Sequence record: SRR2962707_2477
DNA: 42,082 nucleotides
Direction: 5' to 3' (one strand)
Shown: positions 1 through 7,767 of the stretch, piece after piece
Layout: each line of letters starts with the position of its first letter
Position numbering within the stretch: the stretch's first letter is position 1
The notes under the pieces: model-generated
The model's database searches: none
What the model saw: only the letters and a program-made list of their open reading frames with translations
Told to the model about the DNA's origin: nothing
Translations under genes and position numbers: made by a program

Positions 1-30
1 GACTCGAACCTGGAACCAGACCGTTATGAG
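1..30 (-). repeat. att site: displaced 3' fragment of the target tRNA, from the anticodon loop CTCATAA to the T-arm
   Basis: The minus strand reads CTCATAACGGTCTGGTTCCAGGTTCGAGTC (anticodon loop CAT, then T-loop GGTTCGA). tRNA-like sequence stops just beyond the anticodon loop, and 1-15 is identical to 42068-42082. Confidence 0.88.
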
Positions 31-102
31 AAGTGGGTATCTAGGCGCAGCGACCGCGCTCCGGCACAAAGTGCCACTTTTGCAACGGTGTTTGCGCAAT
101 CA

Positions 103-117
103 GTTCATGTAGTGTTC
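103..117. promoter_or_regulatory. GTTC-N7-GTTC motif (alphaproteobacterial LexA box candidate, or integrase arm site)
   Basis: GTTCatgtagtGTTC. Confidence 0.4.
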
Positions 118-155
118 TTTATTTCAGGTTCAACGAACCACAATACCGTCCGCAC

Positions 156-170
156 GTTCGTTGCCTGTTC
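156..170 (+). promoter_or_regulatory. GTTC-N7-GTTC LexA box candidate upstream of ORF 189
   Basis: GTTCgttgcctGTTC just upstream of a GGAG RBS (177-180). Confidence 0.45.
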
Positions 171-188
171 TAATCTGGAGCCTGCCCC

Positions 189-395
189 ATGCATTCCCTG
201 CGCCCTGGCGATGCAATCTTACTGGAATATGTGCGACGGGTAGAAAAGCTGTGCTTGGATGACCTACCCTCCGATAGACGAGCCTTGGCAGCACCGGCTC
301 TGAGGCGATTAACAAAATGGGGGTACTTGTCGGAAACGGTTGATCAGCTGGGGCCCGTCTATTCGCTGACGGAGATGGGCCAAGATATCGACTGA
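189..395 (+). CDS. Small hypothetical protein, possible winged-helix (68 aa)
   Basis: GGAG RBS. The C-terminal 'LRRLTKWGYL...VYSLTEMG' resembles a wHTH wing. Confidence 0.5.
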   Translation: MHSLRPGDAILLEYVRRVEKLCLDDLPSDRRALAAPALRRLTKWGYLSETVDQLGPVYSLTEMGQDID

Positions 396-600
396 GCCAC
401 GTTTTAAGCTTCTGTGGTGGTTCCGATTCTAACGCTTACTGATCGGCTTGTGCGCAAGCCTGAGCATTGCTGTGGCGGACAAAGACCTGTGCGATGCCTG
501 TAGTCATTTGGAGATACCTCACCCGACAATCCGCAGTGCTGAATACATCGGCTAAAAGGCGTGACGTCACAGTTTTCAATAGAGGAACATACGTAGGAGC

Positions 601-822
601 ATGAACCAGAACGCTTTCAACTTGCTGCCGGTGATCGGGAATTTTCGCGTCGGCGTTGCAATGGTCGAGCCTGGCACGGCGATTGAAAAGGATGGCGTGC
701 AGCTCATTGTGGATGACACGCAAATGGTTTCCATGGATGGCACATTTTATGTGACGTCTAGGCAGCTTGGGGTGATCCTCGCCCGCACTGACTCCCTGCA
801 AAAGTACCGGCTTTCCTTATGA
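601..822 (+). CDS. Hypothetical protein (73 aa)
   Basis: ATG preceded by purine-rich AGAGGA/AGGAG; globular beta-rich composition. Confidence 0.5.
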   Translation: MNQNAFNLLPVIGNFRVGVAMVEPGTAIEKDGVQLIVDDTQMVSMDGTFYVTSRQLGVILARTDSLQKYRLSL

Positions 823-878
823 AACGCCTCGGAAACGCTCGCCGTCATTACAGGGTTTCTCCAGCCCCCCGCATTGAT

Positions 879-903
879 TGAACCTTCTTTCCTGGGACGT
901 GTT
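879..903 (+). promoter_or_regulatory. EcfG/sigma-T (general stress response)-type promoter candidate
   Basis: tGAAC-N17-GTT (880-883, 901-903) directly upstream of the RBS and ATG at 927. Confidence 0.4.
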
Positions 904-926
904 GTAGCGGGACAGAGGAGATTCCA

Positions 927-1073
927 ATGGCAAATGAAAAAGTACAGCCCGCCCCACTTGAGACAGAGGATGGTGAGCAAATGGACGACAACATCGATGA
1001 TCTCGGTAACATGCCGGACGGCTCAAAACTGGAGCAACCGAGTGACAAGTCTTCAGAGAAAGACGACCATTAG
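927..1073 (+). CDS. Small acidic, probably disordered protein (48 aa, not in the ORF track)
   Basis: GAGGAG RBS 6 nt before the ATG; MANEKVQPAPLETEDGEQMDDNIDDLGNMPDGSKLEQPSDKSSEKDDH*. Confidence 0.6.
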   Translation: MANEKVQPAPLETEDGEQMDDNIDDLGNMPDGSKLEQPSDKSSEKDDH

Positions 1074-1102
1074 CCAGCTGAGTTAATTTAGGCTGATGAC
1101 CT

Positions 1103-1426
1103 ATGACTACCTACGCTTGGACGACCGATGACGATGAAGTCTCGTTTGACTCGATCATGGTGGGGATCGGAGACGATTCCGCAGCACTCATCGCCGCCGG
1201 AACATCACCGGTCGAGCCAGTAGCTAGTGTTTACTGGGCCGAAAAACTGCTGCAGGGGGACAAGGTCCAGGCAGGCATGGAAGGTCCGTATACCATACCT
1301 GAGGCGCTGCAACGGGCAGAAGAATTACGCGCATTATGGGACTTCAATAGCGTCGTCATCACCCTCCAAACCCGCGACACCTGGCGTAAGGAATGGGGCG
1401 ATCTCGCAGAACTGGAGGGCTACTGA
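1103..1426 (+). CDS. Hypothetical protein (107 aa), immediately upstream of SRAP
   Basis: Acidic protein-like ORF whose stop lies 1 nt before the SRAP start. Confidence 0.7.
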   Translation: MTTYAWTTDDDEVSFDSIMVGIGDDSAALIAAGTSPVEPVASVYWAEKLLQGDKVQAGMEGPYTIPEALQRAEELRALWDFNSVVITLQTRDTWRKEWGDLAELEGY

Positions 1427-1427
1427 A

Positions 1428-2111
1428 ATGTGCGGCCGCTTCACTAATGAGATGACCTGGTCTGAATTACACGCGCTCTACAAATTGAGCGACGAGCAAC
1501 CTAGACACTCGAACATGCAGCCAAGGTATAATATTGCCCCGACACAGGTTGTTGACTTTGCACACCTAAACAAGTCTGGCGAATTGGAGATGGACAGGGG
1601 ACGCTGGTGGTTAGTGCCCTTCTGGGCAAAAGAGGTACCAAAGGCAACTCTATTCAACGCCCGCATAGAGACCGCTGATACCACCCCCGCATTCCGTGAG
1701 GCGTTCAAAACCCGTCGCTGCCTCATTCCAGCTGACGGCTATTTTGAATGGACACTCTCAGACGAAGACGGAAAGAAAGATCCATGGCTGCTGCAGCTTC
1801 CGGGCGGAGCGGGTTTCTCGTTCGCTGGGCTTTGGGCTTATAACGACAATCTTGGCGTAACCAGCTGTACAATCATCACCGCGCCTGCAGCACCAGAGAT
1901 TGAGCATATCCACACAAGGATGCCGATCATACTGAACCCAGATACGTACGCCGCTTGGCTCGACATCGATCTTGTCGGAGAGGACGCTAAAGAACTGCTT
2001 CTAGGGAGCCACATCGACAGTTTGCTGGAATTCCATCGCGTATCTCGAGCTGTGAACAATAGCCGGTATGATGGCACCGACACCAAGCAACCTTTGATAA
2101 ACTCACTTTAG
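1428..2111 (+). CDS. SOS response-associated peptidase (SRAP/YedK/HMCES family, abasic-site protection)
   Basis: True start is MCGRF (Cys2), with a GGAGGG RBS. Motifs RYNIAPTQ, NARIET, RCLIPADGYFEW and HTRMP are present. Confidence 0.95.
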   Translation: MCGRFTNEMTWSELHALYKLSDEQPRHSNMQPRYNIAPTQVVDFAHLNKSGELEMDRGRWWLVPFWAKEVPKATLFNARIETADTTPAFREAFKTRRCLIPADGYFEWTLSDEDGKKDPWLLQLPGGAGFSFAGLWAYNDNLGVTSCTIITAPAAPEIEHIHTRMPIILNPDTYAAWLDIDLVGEDAKELLLGSHIDSLLEFHRVSRAVNNSRYDGTDTKQPLINSL

Positions 2112-2134
2112 CGCGAGAAATCGTGATGCGCGCA

Positions 2135-2150
2135 TTAACCTTCGACTAAC
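2135..2150. promoter_or_regulatory. CtrA-box-like site
   Basis: TTAA-ccttcga-CTAAC versus consensus TTAA-N7-TTAAC (one mismatch), upstream of ORF 2191. Confidence 0.35.
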
Positions 2151-2190
2151 CATGCAGGCTCAGCCTCAGTGCATTGGAGGAGGTAAGCAT

Positions 2191-2352
2191 ATGTTCAAGG
2201 TTCAAACGTCGGATACCACCAAGTGCACTGAGGAAAGGGTCGACCAGATGTGGTTGATGGACAGCGCTGACGAGCGGAGGTTGGCGATCTACCGCCGTGC
2301 CGCTGCCGGCGCTCGCAAGGCGCTAGCTGGCGAGACCCCCACTAGGCAGTAA
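2191..2352 (+). CDS. Small hypothetical protein (53 aa)
   Basis: Very strong SD GGAGGAGG before ATG 2191 (MFKVQTSD...). Confidence 0.5.
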   Translation: MFKVQTSDTTKCTEERVDQMWLMDSADERRLAIYRRAAAGARKALAGETPTRQ

Positions 2353-2356
2353 CCGG

Positions 2357-2617
2357 TCAACTCTTGCCGTACACTTTGCTTCCGGGAGTGGTCCCCCCTG
2401 GCGCGCCAATGATCAGCCCGATGTGCTTCCTGCCGCAACTTTCGCATTTTAGGCGCTCAACCAGCGGATTGGGGGTGGCAATAGCTACGAAATTGGGCCC
2501 CAGTTTCATAGCTAGGGCAGCTAGATTGAGTTCGCTTGAGTGCTGGCAGTCGCCGCAGTGCGCGGTGACTGAATAGCCTCCTGCAATCAAATGCTCGAGT
2601 GTGGTGATGGCGCGCAT
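2357..2617 (-). CDS. Small zinc-ribbon protein
   Basis: CGDC...CESC pair; 'LVERLKCESCGRK'. Confidence 0.75.
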   Translation of the reverse strand: MRAITTLEHLIAGGYSVTAHCGDCQHSSELNLAALAMKLGPNFVAIATPNPLVERLKCESCGRKHIGLIIGAPGGTTPGSKVYGKS

Positions 2618-2798
2618 AACATACGATGGGATTAGCCTTCGGAAAAATCAACGGCAGCTGCCTGTGACGGGGCGCCCACTGGCAGCTTTCGCCCTTCGTC
2701 GATGCAGGCCTCAACGAACAGGCTCACATTTCTGTCCTTGATTAACTCCGGTTGTTCCCGACTAACCCGCGACAACAGTGCTGTGAGGTCGGCTAAGG

Positions 2799-3185
2799 TC
2801 ATGGAACTGTGTGGCGCTGTCGAAGTGAATTCGGCTGATGCTCATAAAAGCGATCAAGGCGCGATCCTAAACCATCCACGCGAATACCCACGTCATTGAT
2901 GGCTTTCATAATCCGGTCGGTTTGCTCAGACATCCCCTGTTTCGTGACATAGGTCTCAGCCACATGCAGCTTGTAGTCTGCGTGCTGCTTTTCTAGCAGC
3001 AGACATAAAGCGTGGATCGCCTCCACCTTATGGCTGGCCTCTGCCTGCTTCTGTACAGCTTCCCTGTGCTTCGACGTGTTCGAATTCACGCGCCCTTCCA
3101 GCCTCACCAGCCAAGCTACCGCACCAGCCAGCGTGATAAGCAAGGTCAGCAGGGTTGGGATATTCACAGTTCCATCGAACCCCAT
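2799..3185 (-). CDS. Lysis-module membrane protein (N-terminal TM plus coiled coil), possible holin or antiholin
   Basis: Hydrophobic IPTLLTLLITLAGAVAWLV segment; last gene of the lysis cassette; GAGGG RBS. Confidence 0.55.
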   Translation of the reverse strand: MGFDGTVNIPTLLTLLITLAGAVAWLVRLEGRVNSNTSKHREAVQKQAEASHKVEAIHALCLLLEKQHADYKLHVAETYVTKQGMSEQTDRIMKAINDVGIRVDGLGSRLDRFYEHQPNSLRQRHTVP

Positions 3186-3299
3186 TCACACACCCTCAAT
3201 CTTTCGTACTTCATTTTTTTCGCCAGCCATTTCCGAGTCCCAAGAACTCGGTATTTGGTTAGGTTGGGCTTGGGGGCTAACAAGCCCAGCCGATTTGCT

Positions 3300-3515
3300 T
3301 CAGGCCCCACGACATGCGTGCAGCTTGGAATAGTGCCGTTCCAACTCAACCGCCCATGCGTCGACTGCGCTATCACCGGCAGCCTGAAGCGCATCCACCG
3401 CGGCGACAGGAGGCGGCGCCAGTATGGGGCAGCTACCGACGATCCTTGTCGTCTGACAGCCCGCGCAGACGATCGTAAGAGCCAGCAGGATCGATAGCTT
3501 GGCGATCAATGTCAT
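3300..3515 (-). CDS. o-spanin (Rz1-like outer-membrane lipoprotein)
   Basis: Signal peptide with lipobox CAGC, Pro-rich 'CPILAPPP'; overlaps the 3' end of the i-spanin in another frame. Confidence 0.75.
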   Translation of the reverse strand: MTLIAKLSILLALTIVCAGCQTTRIVGSCPILAPPPVAAVDALQAAGDSAVDAWAVELERHYSKLHACRGA

Positions 3516-3672
3516 CGTAATGGTCCTGTAGATGGTCGCGGCGCTTCTGCTGCTCCGCTTCGATATGGGTTATGCCGGCGCTGCGCCCCCGCAGAAACGC
3601 AATGCCGATGGCGACGATGGCAGCTCCGACAATGCCGAGGCCGATCTGCAGCTTGGCCCAAAGCTTAGACAT
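3433..3672 (-). CDS. i-spanin (Rz-like)
   Basis: N-terminal TM followed by a charged helical region; follows the endolysin and overlaps the lipoprotein gene. Confidence 0.7.
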   Translation of the reverse strand: MSKLWAKLQIGLGIVGAAIVAIGIAFLRGRSAGITHIEAEQQKRRDHLQDHYDDIDRQAIDPAGSYDRLRGLSDDKDRR

Positions 3673-4315
3673 CGCGGGGCCGCATGATCATTTTCGTCAC
3701 CAGCCAGGCGGCGAACCCGCACACAGCGACAACGATGGCCACGCCGATTGCGAACTGCACCGGGCCACTGCCCTGCGTCACGCTGCCGGCGGCTGTGATG
3801 ACGCCGCCCGCGCCGACCAGAACGCCAGGCTTGGTGATGATGTCGGTCACCGTTTCCCGCTTGGGTTCGGTCTGGAACTGCGGCGTCGGGGCAGTCTTGC
3901 TGACCGATTCCCTGGGGAAGTCGCTGCCATCGTTCCAATGCCGGGCTGGGCCGGTGTCGATGTGCATGAATCCAGACTTGGGATAGTGCCCAAAGCCAGT
4001 GAACCCGGCCGACCGAGCCGCGCGCTCGAACACCGCCGGGTCTTGGTTGGTCATCATCACGTCGAAGGCCTTACCGAGACGGTGCTGGGAATGCGTGGCG
4101 CCCCCTACCCGCCTATTGTGCGCATCCGACCGATAGGCGCTAGTGATCAACATCGGCTTGCCGAGAGCGGCTCGAAGAGCCTGCAGCTTGTCCATGCTCG
4201 CTTCATCGATCATCAGCTCCCCTTCGCCCTTGCTGGCGATCTCTTGGGGACTGAAGTTCGGCCAGCGCCAGTCGCCCAGCGGGAAATCCCGCCAGGATGA
4301 GTATGTTCGGGCCAT
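3665..4315 (-). CDS. Endolysin, peptidase M15 (Zn D-Ala-D-Ala peptidase fold) with C-terminal hydrophobic segments
   Basis: SAYRS..HN..VGGA..SQH..GKAFD and FMHID motifs; AGGAGG RBS; two hydrophobic helices at the C-terminus. Confidence 0.9.
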   Translation of the reverse strand: MARTYSSWRDFPLGDWRWPNFSPQEIASKGEGELMIDEASMDKLQALRAALGKPMLITSAYRSDAHNRRVGGATHSQHRLGKAFDVMMTNQDPAVFERAARSAGFTGFGHYPKSGFMHIDTGPARHWNDGSDFPRESVSKTAPTPQFQTEPKRETVTDIITKPGVLVGAGGVITAAGSVTQGSGPVQFAIGVAIVVAVCGFAAWLVTKMIMRPRDV

Positions 4316-4394
4316 GGTGGCCTCCTATCTATGTTGAGAATTTACAGCGCCGCCCTACCCGTGCACTGATGCACGAGCTCGGGAGGGCGAGGCG

Positions 4395-4631
4395 ATGAAC
4401 GTGAATGTCTTCGTTATGCGGATCGACGGGGCGATACAGGCGGAAATGCTAGTTCTGCCGCTGGTCCCTTCAGCACCCATTCGGGAAAAGCACCGGAGCG
4501 GCTGGAGTTATTTCGCTACGGTTGACACTGGCGACGGGATATTTGGCGAAATCGATGCTCGTGCAATTGAGGTGGAGATAGCTTCGTCGGGATTTGCATT
4601 AGTGACGCCGCACCTGCTTGATCGACCGTAA
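4395..4631 (+). CDS. Hypothetical moron protein (78 aa)
   Basis: GGAGGG/GAGG RBS; divergent from the endolysin. Confidence 0.6.
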   Translation: MNVNVFVMRIDGAIQAEMLVLPLVPSAPIREKHRSGWSYFATVDTGDGIFGEIDARAIEVEIASSGFALVTPHLLDRP

Positions 4632-4647
4632 ACCCAAATCTCTGCAA

Positions 4648-4686
4648 TTCGGCGAGCGTCACGTCGGCTTAGCGAAGTCCCGCCAG
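4648..4686 (-). pseudogene. Degenerate relic of an endolysin 5' end
   Basis: 26/39 nt ungapped identity to 4257-4295; translates WRDFAKPT*RSPN versus WRDFPLGDWRWPN. Confidence 0.55.
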
Positions 4687-4797
4687 CTTTAGTTGAGCGC
4701 GATTGTGGTGGTGTCTTTTTAGATCTGCTGACGTAATTGCTACGGACTGGAAAACACCGATTTACTCCATTCGTCCGAAGGGCTATTTGCGAACGAT

Positions 4798-6738
4798 ATG
4801 AATGCTGCCCACCGCTATCGCCCGGACATCGACGGCCTACGCGCCCTAGCAGTGCTGTCTGTCGTGCTATTTCACGCTTTTCCGATGGCCTTGCCCGGTG
4901 GTTTTGTCGGTGTGGACGTCTTTTTCGTCATCTCCGGATTTCTCATCACTCGTATATTAATCGACAATAGCGCTCCTGGAGCTAGGAAGTATCTGGACTT
5001 CTATAGCCGCCGCATTCGCCGCATCTTTCCCGCGCTAATACTGGTCCTTGGATCATGCATGGCATTGGGCTGGATCGTGCTGCTCCCCGATGAGTTCGAG
5101 CAGCTCGGAAAGCACGTCGTGGCCGGGGCAGGATTCGTCTCCAACTTAGTGCTGTGGTCAGAAAGCGGCTATTTCGATGTAGCGGCAGAGACCAAACCGC
5201 TTCTGCATCTCTGGTCGCTAGGCGTTGAAGAGCAATTCTACCTTGTATGGCCCTTTGTCGTGTGGGGGATACTCAGGACCAGGATCCCGCTGGCGCCTGC
5301 TATTGCCACAATAGGTGTCGCGTCACTCGTTCTATGCATCTGGGTATCATCCTTTGATACCACCGCCGCATTCTACTCACCTCTAACCCGGTTTTGGGAA
5401 TTGTGCGCAGGAGCTCTGCTGGCCTCGACACGGTCTCTTTCTGTGCCATTTAAGCATCGTAGTGCAGCCGCCGCCCTAGGTATCGTTCTAATTGCAGCAT
5501 CCCTGTTGTTGATCCCGCCTGGTCCGGAGTTGAGAGGTTGGCATCTCTTGATGCCCGTTGGCGGCGCATCTCTACTAATCGGAGCAGGCATGAACTCCGT
5601 GGTGAACATCGGCCTCTCCTCAAGACCTTTGGTTTGGATCGGCCTCATAAGCTATCCGCTCTACCTATGGCACTGGCCGCTCCTCTCATTCGCGCGCATT
5701 GTCGAGAGCGGGGAGCCGTCACCACAAATACAGATGGCAGCGGTCGCCGCGGCATTCTTGTTGGCAATCCTGACCTATTTTCTGATCGAGCGCCCGGTCC
5801 GGTCGCACCGGTTTATCCTCCGGATACACATGACAGGTGCGGCGTTCTTCGTCCTCGCGTTCATTGGTATCGGCGGACTGTTGGTGAACATGTACGCGGG
5901 GCTACCGTTCCGAAGCCCCGTTGCTGAACAGCAATATGTCGCTCAAGAGATCGAACAGCAGTTCACAGACGGCTGCCCATGGACATTCGTTTATATTAAC
6001 CATTGCGCCGAGACGCCTATCGCCGGCAGCAGCGGGCTAGTTGTTTTGGTTGGCGACTCCCACGTCCGCCACGCTTACGAAATCATCAAGCAAGAAATTT
6101 CGCGTCAGGGGTACGATTTCGTCGCCTTTTCGAACGGAGGCTGCCCGTTCTTGCCAGGCGTCTCAACACGAAATGACAGCAATTGCGAACTTAGGAATCG
6201 CGAGATTCAAGAGTTTCTTGATGATCGCAGCTCAGCTATCACTGGCGTACTTTTGGCGGGCTCATTTGCCACCTACACGGCAGACGGGTGGCTCACTAGT
6301 TCAGGCAAGCCAATCGCATTGCAGCAGGCGATGGAGGATACTCTTAGGACCCTCGGTCAGTACAACATCATACTTCTGGAACAGGTTCCACCGATCCTAT
6401 TTGACCCTAAGAAGTGCATCCAGCGGCCCTACCGCATTACGCAAATAGATGAGTTCGAATGTTCCTCCGACAGGGCCGCGGTCATGGAGACCTTGGCAGA
6501 GTCTCGACGCGCGATCGGCGCCGCCACAGAACAGTTCCCCAATGTCACGCTCTATGATTTCGACAATACACTCTGCGATAATGACATCTGCAGCGGCCGA
6601 GACGAAACTGGGGTGTTGTACTACGACGCTACCCACCTGAACCCGCTTGGCGTGGAGCATGTCAAAAAGCGGATGAATGGCGCCGAAATTTTGCCCGGAT
6701 TAGTCACCGAGAAAGTTACCGAGATGAGCGGGAGCTGA
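4798..6738 (+). CDS. OafA-like O-acetyltransferase (acyltransferase-3 membrane domain plus C-terminal SGNH domain)
   Basis: YRPDIDGLRALAV, GGFVGVDVFFVISGFLIT, HLWSLGVEEQFY and SYPLYLWHWP; SGNH motifs GDSH and DATH. Confidence 0.95.
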   Translation: MNAAHRYRPDIDGLRALAVLSVVLFHAFPMALPGGFVGVDVFFVISGFLITRILIDNSAPGARKYLDFYSRRIRRIFPALILVLGSCMALGWIVLLPDEFEQLGKHVVAGAGFVSNLVLWSESGYFDVAAETKPLLHLWSLGVEEQFYLVWPFVVWGILRTRIPLAPAIATIGVASLVLCIWVSSFDTTAAFYSPLTRFWELCAGALLASTRSLSVPFKHRSAAAALGIVLIAASLLLIPPGPELRGWHLLMPVGGASLLIGAGMNSVVNIGLSSRPLVWIGLISYPLYLWHWPLLSFARIVESGEPSPQIQMAAVAAAFLLAILTYFLIERPVRSHRFILRIHMTGAAFFVLAFIGIGGLLVNMYAGLPFRSPVAEQQYVAQEIEQQFTDGCPWTFVYINHCAETPIAGSSGLVVLVGDSHVRHAYEIIKQEISRQGYDFVAFSNGGCPFLPGVSTRNDSNCELRNREIQEFLDDRSSAITGVLLAGSFATYTADGWLTSSGKPIALQQAMEDTLRTLGQYNIILLEQVPPILFDPKKCIQRPYRITQIDEFECSSDRAAVMETLAESRRAIGAATEQFPNVTLYDFDNTLCDNDICSGRDETGVLYYDATHLNPLGVEHVKKRMNGAEILPGLVTEKVTEMSGS

Positions 6739-6975
6739 TCATTTTTGTTTACTAGCTACTTCAGCTGAGGACGAAACATCTGCTCAGAACGTTTCCTCTT
6801 CCTCAACAATATCTGACCCGCTCTCCCCTACGTGGGCTCATCCCCGCGTCGATTTACATTATCGAGCATAGATTTAAATGGGTCAGAACAGCCGCATCGC
6901 GGCAGCACGTGCTTTGCTCGCTTAAGGGAACCTCCTCAAGTTGATTGCGTGGCTGCGGTGTGATTAGTACCGCGA

Positions 6976-7767
6976 ATGAAAAGCGCTCACGTCATTGCTG
7001 TCTTCGCCGCTATTGTTTCGCTAGTTGCTGCAGCTTTAAGCGCAGGCTTGCCCTCGCGGATATGGGCAACGCACTACAAGATTGTCATCATTGCAGGACA
7101 ATCGAACGCGGTCGGTCGCGCACCCGTCCTCCCTGAGTGGAGAGTAGATAGCGCAGGCATCCAGCAGATTGGGCGATTTGGTGACACCAATTTGGCGATT
7201 ATTCCTGCCATCGAGCCTCTTGCACATTGGGACGCCAGTGGAGCCGCCTTCGGCCTGAAGTCAGTTAGTCTGTTGCGCGGTGTAGAAGGCGGAGAATTCT
7301 TGATCGTACCAGCGGCAATGGGCGCCAGCGGCTTTGTCGACCACATGTGGACAGCAAAAACCGGCCCCCTCTATGTCGACCTTGTGCAGCGCACTCGATC
7401 CATCTTGAACCAATACCCAGGATCGAGCATCCGCGCGGTTCTTTGGCATCAGGGTGAAACCGAATGGGAAGAGTCCCCAGTCGGTTACAACGCGTTGTTC
7501 CCACAACAGATGGCAGAGATGGTAGAGGCGCTGCGCGAAGACCTGCCGATCGCCGACACCCCATTTATTATGGGCGGGACTGTACCCGCTTGGGCCAACC
7601 GACAAACGCCAAATCCAAACACCATCTTGCAAGAGATTGCTGACGCCAATGGCGCTTGTTTTGTGTCTTCGGAAGACCTTATCCCGATGGCAGACGGTAT
7701 CCATTTCGAGCTTGGCAGCCAGATACGTCTTGGACAGCGCTATTTTGACGCGATGCAAACCTGCTAG
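6976..7767 (+). CDS. Exported SGNH carbohydrate O-acetylesterase (SASA/NanS-like)
   Basis: Signal peptide or anchor MKSAHVIAVFAAIVSLVAAALSA; AGQSNA, WHQGE and DGIHF motifs. Confidence 0.88.
   Translation: MKSAHVIAVFAAIVSLVAAALSAGLPSRIWATHYKIVIIAGQSNAVGRAPVLPEWRVDSAGIQQIGRFGDTNLAIIPAIEPLAHWDASGAAFGLKSVSLLRGVEGGEFLIVPAAMGASGFVDHMWTAKTGPLYVDLVQRTRSILNQYPGSSIRAVLWHQGETEWEESPVGYNALFPQQMAEMVEALREDLPIADTPFIMGGTVPAWANRQTPNPNTILQEIADANGACFVSSEDLIPMADGIHFELGSQIRLGQRYFDAMQTC

Noticed and set aside
61-76. GGCAC-AAA-GTGCC palindrome similar to the CI operator
   Set aside because: The spacer is one base longer than in all five operators and the outer bases do not match.
1227-1427. N-terminal extension of SRAP in the ORF track
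   Set aside because: SRAP needs Cys at position 2. The real start is ATG 1428 and the extension overlaps another gene.
6765-6777. CTGAGGACGAAAC resembles a hammerhead ribozyme core
   Set aside because: There is no stem II between the CUGANGA-like and GAAA elements and no matching cleavage-site arm, so it is probably coincidental.
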